DNA from: Felis catus
Lineage: Eukaryota
Assembly: GCF_018350175.1 (NCBI RefSeq)
Contig: NC_058369.1
Coordinates: 21,020,001-21,084,000 of the forward strand
Direction of reading: 5' to 3'
Length of the DNA stretch: 64,000 nucleotides
The translations under genes were made by a program, and so were the position numbers. Shown one piece after another: positions 12,001 to 31,826 of the stretch. Below the pieces are notes generated by a model that made no database searches, was not told the origin of the DNA, and saw nothing but the letters and a program-made list of their open reading frames with translations. Numbering within the stretch: the stretch's first letter is position 1; the number at the start of each line of letters is the position of its first letter.

Positions 12001-15000
12001 TTCCCAAAGGAAGACACTTGTGCTGAAGCCTACATGGGACATGGGACTCAGAGCAGGAGCAAGGTGCTCCTTAGCAGGGCCCACCATCACTTCCTCCCTG
12101 CAAAGCACCCCCTGATGCCCACAGTTCCCCTCCCCTAGGACAACATTGGGGAGGCAGTGATCAAAGCCATCCAGCCTTACATTGACAACGAGGAGTTCCA
12201 GCCAGCCGCCATCGCCAAGGTGTCCAAGGCCTGCACCTCCATCTGCCAGTGGGTGCGCGCCATGCATAAGTACCACTTTGTGGCCAAGGCAGTGGAGCCC
12301 AAGCGGGTGAGGGCTGGGTACGGCTGGGGGGCAGAGGAGGAAGAGCCTCCAGGGGGAGAGCCCCTGCCACAAGTTAGCCCTGGACCCTCTGCTGGCAGCA
12401 AGCCCTGCGGGAGGCCCAGGATGACCTGGAGGTGACACAGAGGATCCTGGAGGAGGCCAAGCAACGCCTGCGCGAGGTGGAGGATGGCATCGCCACGATG
12501 CAGACCAAGTACCGGGAATGCATCACCAAGAAGGAGGAACTGGAGCTGAAGTGCGAGCAGTGTGAGCAGCGGCTGGGCCGCGCAGACAAGGTGCGCACAT
12601 CCCCGTAGGGAGGGCCTCTGGGCTGGGGGGGCCTGGGTCGGGGGAAGGCCCTGCGCACCCTCCCCAGCCCCCGGCCCGGCCAACCACAGCCCACCCCACG
12701 GGGCTGCCCCTGCAGCTCATCAACGGGCTGTCCGACGAGAAGGTACGCTGGCAGGAGACAGTGGAGAACCTGGAGCATACGCTTGATAACATCTCTGGTG
12801 ACGTGCTGCTGGCTGCTGGCTTCGTGGCCTACCTGGGCCCCTTCACAGTAAGGAACCTTCTGACCCTGCCTGGGGCAGCCTCACCTCCCCAAACAGGCCC
12901 CACCTTGAGGCCTCACTCCACAAGGGGCAGCCTGGAGGGCCACTCCTTCTGCACTTACTCATTCAACGAGCACTCCTCAGGTGCCCCGTCTGAGCCAGTT
13001 GCTGTTCCAGGCACAGGGGATAAGGCAGTGCATGAAACAGCCAGAACCCCTCCCTGGCAGGTCTGGTTTTCTAGTGGGAGATAGGAGCTCGCACTTCCAT
13101 GCTTGCTGGGTGCATCTTTTTCAACCCTCACAGTCTCCCTGACAGGTGGGCGTTCTTGTCATTGCCCCTATTTCACAGAAAAGGGGCCAAGGAAGTCACC
13201 CAGAGTGGGACCCAAGTGCGGGTGTCTCACTTCACATCTGAGCTCTGCCTCTGTGTACAATGGCTGAGCACTGGGGGGGGGGGGGGGGCGGGTGTGCAAA
13301 GGGAGGTGGGAGGGCATCACACGGGTCATGGTGGGATGGTCCTGAGTCTGGCATCTCCCCAGGGCCAGTATCGCACAGTGCTCTACGACAACTGGGTCAA
13401 GCAGCTCACAAGACACAAGGTCCCACACACTTCTGAGCCCACGCTAATCGGGACACTGGGAAACCCCGTGAAGATCCGCTCATGGCAGGTACCCACCCAG
13501 GGGGCTGGCGTGACTGGGCTGGGCCAGGGGCTTCCTGCTTCCCTCCCACCCTCTTTCCTGGGACTGCTCAGAGATGCCTCCCCTGAACCTGCCTGGGCTC
13601 AGCGAAAGGGTGTGTGTAGGAGAGGAGAGAGCTGAACGCAGTGTGGCACAGATCTAGCTAACTGTGGGCAGAGAATTCAAGGGGTGCTTGTAAGAGTGGG
13701 CTGGGGTAGGAGAGCAGCATCCAGAGTGAGGTTAAGGAAGTCTGCAGATCTGAGCTAGAAGGACAGGTAAAGTTGGCCCAGGGAGAAAACCAGGAGGCTA
13801 TGGGCAGAGGCCAAGGGTGAGCATAGGCCAGGACATCGATGGCATGTGGGCTCTGGGGAGATGGTCTGACTGAGTGAGGACTCCGTAGGCATGAAGGCAG
13901 AGAGGCCCAGAGAAAGGAGGGTGTTGGGAGCCAGCCTAGAAGCAGGAGAGAGTATGGGGTCCTGTGGGCTGATGGCTGTGCACACTATCTCCTGTCCCCA
14001 CCTCGAAGGGGACATAATAAGAAGGAAGAGATCACCAAGCACAAAGCTGGGAGTAGCTGATGCCCCAGCTGACCTTGCTTATGTGAGAGCCCTGACCCAG
14101 TCTGGCCCCTGGTGCCCCACAGATCGCTGGCCTCCCCAACGACACACTGTCAGTGGAGAATGGGGTCATCAACCAGTATTCCCAGCGCTGGACTCACTTC
14201 ATTGACCCTCAGAGCCAGGCCAACAAATGGATCAAGAACATGGTGAGCCCATGCATGGTGCCGCTGCCCCACACAGCCGGGCTTAGCAAGTGCAGGGTCA
14301 ATAGCGGGGGTCAGCCTGGCTCTCAGCCCCCACAGCCCCCACAGCCCCCACAGCCCCCACTAGCCCCCTGTGCCTACAGGAGAAGGACAGTGGACTGGAT
14401 GTATTCAAGCTGAGTGACCGAGACTTCCTGCGCAGCATGGAGAATGCCATCCGCTTCGGCAAGCCCTGCCTTCTGGAGAACGTGGGCGAGGAGCTGGACC
14501 CGGCCCTGGAGCCTGTGCTGCTCAAGCAGGTGGGCCTGCAGCGGCAAGGGAGTGGGGGCAGACTGTCGGTCTGGACAGGGGAGGGAGCAGCCCCTTCCCT
14601 GCCTCACTGGTGAAGCCCTGGCCATGGTGCTTGCCCATCCCACCCACTGTATGTAGACATACAAGCAGCAGGGGAACACAGTGCTGAAGCTGGGGGACAC
14701 GGTGATCCCCTACCATGAGGACTTCAGGATGTATATTACCACCAAGCTGCCCAACCCACACTACACGCCTGAGATCTCCACTAAACTCACTCTCATCAAC
14801 TTCACTCTGTCGCCCAGGTAAGCCCCCAGACCCCGGACACCGAGCATCAGCTCTGCCTGGCTGCCTCGCTCCCACCCGCAGACTGAAACTCAATGGGTCT
14901 CTCCCAGAGGCTCCACTGGCTTTTTCCAAGGCACTCTGGCATTCCAGGCCTTCCTGGCACCTCCACCAGCTCCCCTTAATCGCCACCACTCCCAGCTAAG

Positions 15001-18000
15001 AACCCCCACCCCCAAGATTAAGAGCCCTTGATCCTTGGTTGGGACCCCTCAGCCTCCCTGGTCAGTGCTAGCCCCATCTTGTCCAGGTACCCTTCCCCTG
15101 TGGCTCAGCCCTTGCCAGCCCCTTGTGCACTCACCCCCAGAGCTGTCCTAGAGTCCTGACTCAGGCACACTCTGGCTCCCTGCACCCAAGCCCTGCTTCC
15201 TGCTTTGCTGCCATGAGCCCAGGCACTGCGGTTTTTGCTGGCCACCTACACAGAGCCCACAGGCCTGCTCCATGCTCAGGCCTCTATGTCAGTGGGTACT
15301 ACGAACCTCTCCACAGACATGGTTGTGAAAACGCCCGTAAGGCAGATCCCTACCAGTCCTCCAGCCCCCTCCTGCCCAGGAAGTTTTTCAAAGACCCCTG
15401 CTGGGATTCCAGGTTGCCACCCAGGTCTCACTGAGAACTGGTCACTTTGCAGACAGGCTCTGCATTAGCCCTGCAGCCTGAGACAGAGGTTAGGCCTCCC
15501 CGGCTGACACTGGCAGGGATGCTGGGCTCTTGGAGCCCTGGGGCCACAGGTAGATAGGTGAGCAGACTCAAGGCTGGCCCTCTGGGGTCTACCAGGTGTT
15601 GCTGACATGGTGTCCCCTGCCCCTGGCAGTGGTCTAGAGGACCAGCTTCTGGGCCAAGTAGTGGCTGAGGAGAGGCCAGACCTGGAGGAAGCTAAAAACC
15701 AGCTGATTGTCAGTAATGCCAAGATGCGCCAGGAGCTGAAGGACATTGAAGACCAGATCCTATACAGGCTCAGCTCCTCTGAAGGCAACCCTGTGGATGA
15801 CATGGAGCTCATCAAAGTTCTGGAGGCTTCCAAGATGAAGGCTGCTGAGATTCAGGTCAGCAACTGCCTGCCCCGGCCTACCGACTCCTACCTCTAGCCC
15901 TAGGCCCAACCCCTGTCCCCACCCACCTCTGCCTGCCGCTCTTTGCCAGTCTAGCTGGGCCTGACCACCACTCCCCTGCTGTACCTCCAGGCCAAAGTCA
16001 GGATCGCAGAGCAGACGGAGAAGGACATTGACCTCACGCGAATGGAGTACATACCCGTGGCCGTCCGCACCCAGATCCTTTTCTTCTGTGTGTCTGACCT
16101 GGCCAACGTGGACCCCATGTACCAGTACTCCCTGGAGTGGTTTCTCAACATCTTCCTCTCGGGCATCGCCAACTCAGAGAGGGCAGGTAGTCCTGGCATA
16201 TGTGCACACGGTGACACAAATGCGAGGCTCCCACCCTGAAACAGATGCGATACACGTGGCCACATCTCCACAGTGGGCACATACATGTAAAATCATGTCC
16301 ACGTTCACTTGTACATACTCTCATATCAAACATAACAACACACACACACCCCTCCCGACCCTCCTCAGAGCCCCTCTACGAGGAATTCCACAGGCCCCAA
16401 GGGGATGCCCACACCATCCCTCTGGCTGCAGGGCAGACTGGCTGGGCTAGGCTGAACCCCGGGGATCTTGCTTCCCTCACCTCCCCCCATGCACTTGCCA
16501 TCCCCTCCCTGCCCTGCAGACAACCTGAAGAAGCGCATTGCCAACATCAACCGCCACCTGACCTACAACCTCTACAGCAACGTCTGCCGTAGCCTCTTTG
16601 AGAAGCACAAGCTGATGTTTGCCTTCCTGCTGTGTGCCCGCATCATGATGAATGAGGCCAAGATAGATCAGGTACATGAGCAGAGAGGGAACTGGGTGGG
16701 CCAGTGACTCGGGACAGATGGCCTGAGGAGGGAGCCTGTGGCAGGGCCTGGGAGAACAGGGTGAAAGGAAAGGGAAGGCTGGGCCTCAGGGCACAGCAAG
16801 AGCAAGGGGGCAGAGACCTCAGGAAACAGCTCCTTCCTCCCAACAGCCAGGAGACCTTAGGTTCATTGTGGCTCAAGCTGCTCTGTGAGCACAGCCTTCT
16901 CAGAGCCATGGGTGTGCTGGCGAGCAGGGACCGTCCCGAGCCTCCCCACTCACGCTCTCATGAGCCCCACAGCATGTTGGAAATCACATCCAAGAGTGTG
17001 AGTGTTACAGCCACTCCAGCCTGAGGCCTCACTGTGTGCCAGGTGCCAGGCTAACGGGTACACTCTCCAACCCCGACAAACCCTTTGTGGAGCAGCTAGA
17101 ATTCTAATTCTTCCTACTTCCCAAAGTGAGGAAACTGAAGCTCAGAGGTCACATCTTTTGCCTAAGGACACCCAGACAGGAAAATGTGGAGTGAGGACAT
17201 TAATCCAGACCTGTCCGACTGCCTCCCCCAGGGAGAACCCCATTTCTCTGGCTGAGGGGTGGCAGGGGAGGCATTGCTGGGTGGGGTGCCAGAGGCTGGT
17301 CACAAGGCCCGGGCACTAGTCTCCCCCTGTCCCCTGCCAGAGTGAGTGGCGCTACCTCCTGTCTGGAGGTTCTGTCCAGGTCATGACTGAAAACCCAGCA
17401 CCTGACTGGCTGTCAGACCGGGCCTGGCGAGATATCCTGGCACTCTCAAACCTGCCAGCCTTCTCAGACTTCGCCCATGACTTCACAGAGCACCTCTCAG
17501 AATTCCAGGCCATCTTTGACAGCCCCGAGCCTCACCGGTGAGCTGCGCCCCAGGGCCTGGCAGGGTGGGCACAAGGAGGGGTGAGACCCCAGGAACAGAC
17601 CTGCAAGGAGCTTTCTCTGAGGAGCCACCCAGGGCTGCCCTGCAGCTGTGGCCACATCTTTTCTGTGCTCCCAGCCATGTACCCTCCAGGCACTCCACTC
17701 TCCCTGGCCATCCAGCCGGCAGAGTCCCTGGGGCCAGTGCCCCCTCACAGGTCAGCTCTCAGGGAGACATGGGCGCTGTTGCAGGGAGCCCTTGCCTGGC
17801 ATCTGGGATGAGTACCTGGACCAGTTCCAGAAGCTGCTGGTTCTCCGCTGCCTGCGTGGGGACAAGGTTACCAATGCCATGCAGGATTTCGTGGCCACCA
17901 ACCTGGAACCACGCTTCATTGAGCCCCAGGCAAGTGCCACCAGCCAGTGCCCTGGACCTATCCCCACCTATGGGTCCCAGGGGACTGGCTACACCTTCAC

Positions 18001-21000
18001 AGACCATTTTGCAGCCATGGTCAGGGTGGAACTCATAGTCATGCCCTCCAAAGACTCTGGGAGGCTCCAGGCCCCACCAGGAAGCTTCTCTGAGAGCTCT
18101 CTAGAAGCCCCAGGACCCCCTGCCTTGCCCTGGTCCCTGCCCTTCCTCAGCCCCAGGTGACTCAGCGTCTCTCCCTGGCTTGCAGACAGCTAACCTGTCA
18201 GTGGTGTTCAAAGACTCCAGCTCCACCACACCCCTCATCTTTGTGCTGTCGCCTGGCACTGACCCCGCTGCTGACCTCTACAAGTTTGCTGAAGAGATGA
18301 AGTTCTCCAAGAAGCTCTCTGCCATTTCTCTGGGCCAGGGCCAGGTAAGGACAGGGTGGGTAGGGGTGGGGCCCTGGGGGTTGGGCCAGTTGGCGCCTCA
18401 CCGCTCAGCACTTCTGCCCCACAGGGCCCTCGGGCAGAAGCCATGATGCGCAGCTCCATAGAGAGGGGCAAGTGGGTCTTCTTCCAGAACTGCCACCTGG
18501 CACCCAGCTGGATGCCAGCCCTGGAGCGCCTCATTGAGCACATTAATCCTGATAAGGTGCACTGCCCTGCCTGCCACAGGTCCAAAGACCTCCTTTGCTG
18601 AAGGGACTACTAACACATCCATCCAGGACTGACGAGGCTTAATGAGATTGTCCCACAGAGCACTCAGCCCAGCTGGGCACACAGTGAGCACTCAGGAAGT
18701 GACATATGAAACAGGCCTCAGCTAGATTCATCTTCTAAGTGGCTCCCCTAATTACCGTTACCACTGGTGAAGTGACATGCCCATGTTCACCCACGACTGA
18801 TGATCCTGGGACTTGCCAAAGCCCATATTCTTAATCAGTGGTCTGAGCAGCCAGGTCAGACTACAGGTGGCCCAGGTTCCTGGTGGGAGGGAACCTGGTG
18901 TGGGGAAGTCTCGGTGCTCACATGGAGCGTGGCTGCCAGGTGCACCGGGACTTTCGCCTGTGGCTCACCAGCCTGCCCAGCAACAAGTTCCCAGTGTCCA
19001 TCCTGCAAAACGGCTCCAAGATGACCATTGAGCCACCACGTGGTGTCAAGGCCAACCTGCTCAAGTCCTACAGCAGCCTCAGCGACGACTTCCTCAACTC
19101 CTGCCGCAAGGTGAAGGGCACTGGGTGTGTGCCCACCCCACGTGCTCCAGACCCAGCCCCGCCCCTCACTCCCCTGCCCCCACTGCCTCTCGCAGGTGAT
19201 GGAGTTCAAGTCCCTGCTGCTGTCCCTGTGCCTGTTCCATGGGAATGCGCTGGAGCGCCGCAAGTTTGGGCCCCTGGGCTTCAACATCCCCTATGAGTTC
19301 ACAGATGGGGACCTGCGCATCTGTATCAGCCAACTCAAGATGTTCCTGGACGAGTATGATGACATCCCATACAAGGTGGGCCGAGGACAGGCTGGGGCCA
19401 GGGAGGGTGGCGCTGGGTGCTTGTGGGGGCCCTCACCCACACACCCTGTAGGTCCTCAAGTACACGGCCGGGGAGATCAACTACGGAGGCCGCGTCACCG
19501 ACGACTGGGACCGTCGCTGCGTCATGAACATCCTGGAAGACTACTACAGCCCGTCTGTGCTCTTCCACGAGCACAGCTACAGCGCCTCAGGCATCTACCA
19601 CCAGATCCAGCCTACCTACGACCTCAACGTGAGCATACCCCAAGGGCCGGCAGCTTGCCAGGCTGGGCTTCTGGGGTGCCATGAACACCTGGGCAGCAAG
19701 CTCCTTTTCATGGATTACTCCACCCCACAAAGACAGCACAGTGAGGGGGGTGGACCCAGTCCCTGCCCCCTGGAGCTCGGGCTGTGTGGGGAGAGGTGAA
19801 CTCTGGCCTCTCAGCCACTGCCTGAGTGTAATTACCCAGTGGAGGCAGGGGCAGCTCCTCCAAGGTCATAGGCTGGCCCAGGTTCTGCAGGCAGGGAGGG
19901 CTCCCAGAGGAAATGATGCTTCAGCTAAGAGGTGTGAGGAGCCGGCCTGGGCTGGGCTGGGTGTTCAGAGTACAGGTCATCATATAAGGAGGGAGGCACA
20001 ACTGATTTGAGCAGCCGAATGAAGGAGCAGGAGCAGACGGCTGCAAGAAGAGGGCTGGGAGGGAAGCAAAGGCCACCCACACAGTGCCTCAGAAGCCACG
20101 CGGCCCTAAGGAGAGGCGTAAGGATTACAACGAGGGGAGACAGGTGGGAGCTGTGATCCACTGGAGCGCCCTCCACCGGCTGCAGCGGCGGCTCTCCCAC
20201 CCTCCAGGGTTATGTCTCCTACATCAAGGGCCTCCCTCTCAATGACATGCCTGAGATCTTTGGCCTGCATGACAATGCCAACATCACCTTCGCCCAGAAT
20301 GAGACCTATGCCCTGCTCGGTGCCATCATCCAGCTGCAGCCCAAATCGTCCTCCATGGGTGGCCAGGGCCGGGAGGAGGTAGGTGGCAGCAGGGGAAAGG
20401 AGCCATGGGTTGGGCAGGGCCAGTCTCCCACTCATTATCCTGACTGCTCCCCTGGGGGAAGGGACTCCTTGCATATAGAATCCTGCAAGAATTAAGGGGC
20501 TGGCCCTGACTTCCTGTGTCCCTTTGCCCCCACAGATAGTGGAGGATGTGGCCAACAATATTCTGCTCCAGACTCCTGAGCCCATCAACTTGCAGTTGGT
20601 GATAGCCAAGTACCCGGTGCTGTATGAGGAGTCAATGAACACAGTGCTAGTACAGGAGGTCATTCGGTAATCCCCCTGCCACCCCCAGTCCTGGGTTATG
20701 ATGCCACTGGGCTATGGAAAAATGACAGCACAGCTACTACTGGCCAGGTGCCATGCCAAGTGCTAGAAGCCCGCCCTCTAACTCAGCCACATTGTATCGT
20801 TCCCACTTTACAGATGAGTAAACCAGGGCCCAAAAGTATTACACATTTGCTAAGAACCAGAGCTGAGATCAGTACCCAGGCTGCCCGACCCAGCTCTATG
20901 CTCTTAGCCCCCATGTTCTGCCATTGTTTTTCAGTTGATGGCTTACAACTGGGGAAATTTCAGATACTGCCACATGGCCCCAGACCACTGTCTGCTTCCT

Positions 21001-22530
21001 TGCCACTGGTCCTATAGGTATAACCGGCTGCTGCAGGTGATCACACAGACGCTGCGAGACCTGCTCAAGGCACTCAAAGGGCTGGTGGTGATGTCCTCAC
21101 AGCTGGAGCTGATGGCTACCAGCCTGTACAACAACACTGTGCCTGAGCTCTGGAAAGCTAAGGCCTACCCCTCGCTCAAGCCACTGTCCTCATGGGTCAT
21201 GGACCTGATGCAACGCTTGGACTTCCTGCAGACCTGGATCCAAGGGGGCATCCCAGCCGTCTTCTGGATCAGTGGCTTCTTCTTCCCCCAGGCCTTCCTG
21301 ACAGGAACACTGCAGAACTTTGCCCGCAAGTCTGTTATCTCCATCGACACCATCTCATTTGATTTCAAGGTTTGCACACAGCCAGGGTCAGGCCAGGGTA
21401 TGGCCCAGGCAGGAAGGGTGCCAAGGCCACAGCTGGCTGCCAGTCGGGGGCCCCAAGTAGGGTTTGGGGAGCAGGGAGAGCCAAGCGAGAAGAGGCCATG
21501 AGCCCCACGAAAATTCCTAGGAGTAGGACACCAGCTAAAGTGGTGGGTGATGGGTGGGCAGGCAAGGCTCTCAGGAGGGCGTTCGTGCCTCCTGACCCAA
21601 ATCCTAACCCAGATTCCAAGTGTTCATGCATGTGGGGGCCTGTCTGTGTGCCCGCCACAGGTAATGCGCCAGTCGGTGTCGGAGCTCAAGAAAAGGCCCC
21701 AAGAGGGGTGCTACATCCATGGATTGTTCCTGGAAGGGGCCCGCTGGGACCCTGAGGCCTTCCAGCTGGCCGAATCTCGGCCCAAGGAGCTATACACAGA
21801 AATGGCTGTCATCTGGCTCCTGCCTACACCCAACCGCAAGATCCAGGACCAGGACTTCTACCTGTGCCCCATCTACAAGACGCTGACCCGAGCCGGTACG
21901 GGCCCGGGGGGGTGGGGGGGAGCATACGCCACAGGTGGGGGCCCAGATTTGGGCCACAGAGGCCAGTCAGCACTCCTGACAGTGACCGGGCCAGGACAGA
22001 GCTGGACCACCAGCAGGTAGAGGGATACCCAGGGCTTGGGCTCAGTCTGTGGGAAGTGGCCCCTGAGCTCACCATCCTCTTGCCTCCCTCAGCAGACCCA
22101 CCCGGGTCCTGGGAGCCCCAGCCTGCCAATGAAGTTTTAGGGGGGTAACTAAGGCTTGGGGGAGAGGCGGAGCCAGGGCTGGGTCCAAGAAGGAAAGAGC
22201 AGTGCCATCAACTCTCCCACTGCTGTCCTCACTTGGCACAATAACCCTGGGCAGACCTAAGCCTTAGCCAGACCCATTCACCAGGCAGATTCTTCTCTTG
22301 GGTCAGGACCCCTGCTTGTCCCCAGCTCAGTCTGCTGAGTCCATTGCCTTTTCCGTTTCTGCTCTTGTGGCAGACAACTTAACCCTCCCCACTTCTTGCC
22401 TGCTCTAGGAACACTATCAACCACAGGCCATTCCACCAACTACATCATTGCTGTGGAGATCCCCTCCGACCAGCCCCAGCGACACTGGATAAAGCGTGGG
22501 GTGGCCCTCATCTGTGCCCTGGACTACTAG
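89..22530 (+). CDS. DNAH1: Dynein axonemal heavy chain 1, 3' part (AAA3 to C-terminus); 5' exons lie upstream of the window
   Basis: 34 phase-compatible exons: 89-262, 1067-1105, 3548-3726, 4691-4921, 5593-5789, 6267-6402, 7317-7525, 7616-7787, 8527-8718, 9256-9366, 10161-10346, 10763-10954, 12139-12306, 12399-12590, 12716-12847, 13363-13488, 14123-14242, 14380-14529, 14657-14817, 15630-15855, 15991-16186, 16520-16671, 17341-17537, 17785-17929, 18186-18344, 18425-18556, 18940-19110, 19196-19375, 19452-19628, 20208-20378, 20536-20666, 21018-21369, 21661-21895, 22409-22530. Dynein motifs: [21 protein letters not shown]-loop GVGGSGRSS, stalk coiled coils, C-terminal [15 protein letters not shown]. 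Paralog assigned from recalled sequence and adjacency to BAP1. Confidence 0.96.
383..565 (+). mobile_element. MIR SINE relic
   Basis: MIR core ctctgagcctcagtttctccatctgtataatgg and 3' gttgtgaaggttaaataaga. Confidence 0.75.
1850..2610 (+). mobile_element. Degenerate L2 LINE 3' region (probable)
   Basis: L2-like tcagtgcccctcctcacaaggcctctccc and 3' end cccagggcctagaacagtgc; boundaries uncertain. Confidence 0.45.
2736..3005 (-). mobile_element. Young full-length felid CanSINE (SINEC_Fc type)
   Basis: Reverse complement starts ggggcgcctgggtggcgcagtcggttaagcg; CpGs retained; (TTTTA)12 tail; TSD gaattgagtagatttt at 2724-2739 and 3008-3023. Confidence 0.95.
9052..9198 (-). mobile_element. Older short CanSINE
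   Basis: polyT, then gggcttgaactc...gagatcaagagtcagatcctcaaccaactgagccac; ctctctttct on both flanks (9042-9051, 9199-9208). Confidence 0.8.
12950..13085 (-). mobile_element. L2 3' end fragment
   Basis: tcattcaacgagcactc...ccaggcacaggggataaggcagtg resembles the antisense L2 terminus. Confidence 0.6.
14324..14368 (+). repeat. 9-bp tandem repeat (CAGCCCCCA)x4 plus one variant copy
   Basis: Four perfect units at 14324-14359, then ctagccccc. Confidence 0.9.
17030..17225 (-). mobile_element. MIR relic
   Basis: gaggaaactgaagctcagagg...ttgcctaaggacacccag. Confidence 0.7.
20755..20905 (-). mobile_element. MIR relic
   Basis: cccactttacagatgagtaaaccagggccca core. Confidence 0.6.
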
Positions 22531-22554
22531 ACTCAAGACAAAAGAGTTTGAGCC

Positions 22555-22560
22555 ATTAAA
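22555..22560 (+). terminator. DNAH1 polyadenylation signal (ATTAAA)
   Basis: ATTAAA 24 nt after the TAG stop, followed by GT/T-rich gttgttttct. Confidence 0.7.
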
Positions 22561-23099
22561 GTTGTTTTCTAAGCAGTCCACCTGAGCCTTAGCTGCTTAG
22601 ATCAGTGCCCCTCCGCAGGACTGACTGCCAGGGAACCGGTGAGGGTCAGGGGCTGAGGCGGCCTCAAGAGTGAATGTGCTTAGCAGTGGGAAAGTGGCAG
22701 AGGTAGCAGCTTTGACCTGCTGGACCTGTCCAAATGCAACAAGCATAGAGCAGAGCCCTCCAAGGGGGTCCCTCCAGGGACTTGCCTCCTCAACCCAGGG
22801 CCCCAGCATCTGTTCAGGTTGCAAGGCCATCAGAACTGGGTGAAAACCATGGCTCTCTCCTCCTGTAGTGTACCTTGCACACGACTCCTCAGGTTCTGCA
22901 GCCCCTACAAAGCCCGTCCTCAACTCAGGTCCTAAATCCTGGGTCTAGGGTCCCAAGAATCTAGGCCCTGAGAATGCATCCTTCTCACCTCTCTGGTCTC
23001 AGGGCCTTGGGCCCAGGTTTGGTTGGGTCCTTACTCCCACCAGTCTAGCCTATAAATCTTAGGCCAGCAACCACAAGAGACTTCATTTCTTAGGAGAGT

Positions 23100-23105
23100 T
23101 TTATT
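23100..23105 (-). terminator. BAP1 polyadenylation signal (AATAAA)
   Basis: tttatt on +, about 1.2 kb past the BAP1 stop, with TGTA elements just upstream on the - strand. Confidence 0.75.
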
Positions 23106-24325
23106 CATTCATTGATCCAATATTTACAGGGGCCAGAGAAGTCAGGCTGTGCTCAGCACAGAGAGGCAGCTGCTATACTGGCCAGCCATCCCCTGCCCCA
23201 GTCACTATGTACAGATAAGGGGCCTGCTTAGATCACCTTCAAAGCCATCCGGCAAAGACCATGGGGCTATGTTTGGGGCCCAGCTCGAGACAGTGCTGGG
23301 CCCATTGCCCCTTGGCACTGGGCTCTCTGGAAACACTAGGCTCTGACTGGTTGTCTCAGTCCTGTTGTCCCCCACCCTGAGTGCCTTGCAGAGGCTGAGG
23401 AAGCTGGCGTGGCAGGGACAGACAAGTGGGGTCAGCTTCCTAGAAGCAGCCCAGTCTCTGCTATCCCTAAGAGGAGGGAGACATGGTAATACTGAGGGGC
23501 TGGGCAGAGACTCCTCTGAACCCCAGGCTCCAGGGACAGAGCCCATTGCCAGGGCTACAACACTGAAGGCAAAGCGGCCCAGAGCCCTGCTGCAGAAAGC
23601 AGTCTTGACAAGCCCGGCTGAAGCCAGGAAGGGAGTTTAGAGGTCAACAAACAGCTCAAACACTTCTCTCTGCTCAGGCCATGGGACCCCAGCAGGCCTC
23701 TCGCCCACCCCAGCTAGGACACCCCACTCCCAATCCAGCCCAGCAGCCGGGTTCCTGAGTTTGGAGCTCTCCCAGGGGGAAGGAAGAGTAGACCTGGCTT
23801 CCTCGAAATGACTGGGGGCTGGGGCTAGAGCAGCAGGACCCAATGCCCCCCTACCCCAGGCCTCTGGCTGTGACCCTGCAGGCATGACCCCGGCATGATG
23901 CAGGGACCTGGGCCCACCAGGATGACAACTGTTGGAAAGAACACAGTCAGGAAGCTGGCTATGTCAACACAGTGGTGGCAAGATGGGTTAGAGCCCAGAA
24001 AAATAGACGTCTCTGTAGGTAAAATATATACTCTGCTGCCGAGGCAGAAAGGCCAGGTCCTGCCACTCCACAGCCGGCTGTGGAGGAAGCTGCAGCAGCG
24101 CACTGTGCCCCAGCTCCAGCTCCTGCTTCCGGAGCACTGTGGGGCTGCCCTGCCCTGCCAGGCCCTGGGACACATTGCGGGGAATCCAGCCTACCCATTC
24201 CCGGGGTGTGAGCTCTCCGGCTGAAACTATTCAGTAATACTGGGAAGAGGGGGAGTGGGGCAGGAAAGGGGCCCTTGTGAGGGCCATGCGGCAAGAGCGG
24301 GCTGCAGAGTACAGGCCGGCAGTCC

Positions 24326-31793
<7,468 letters not shown>

Positions 31794-31797
<4 letters not shown>

Positions 31798-31826
31798 CTT
31801 CCCGCGGGGCGGCCCCTCAGCGCCAT
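31794..31826 (-). other. Upstream ORF (MALRGRPAGR*) in the BAP1 5' leader; stop overlaps the main ATG
   Basis: gacATGG at 31826, 10 codons, TGA at 31796-31794 within the ATGA of the BAP1 start. Confidence 0.65.
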
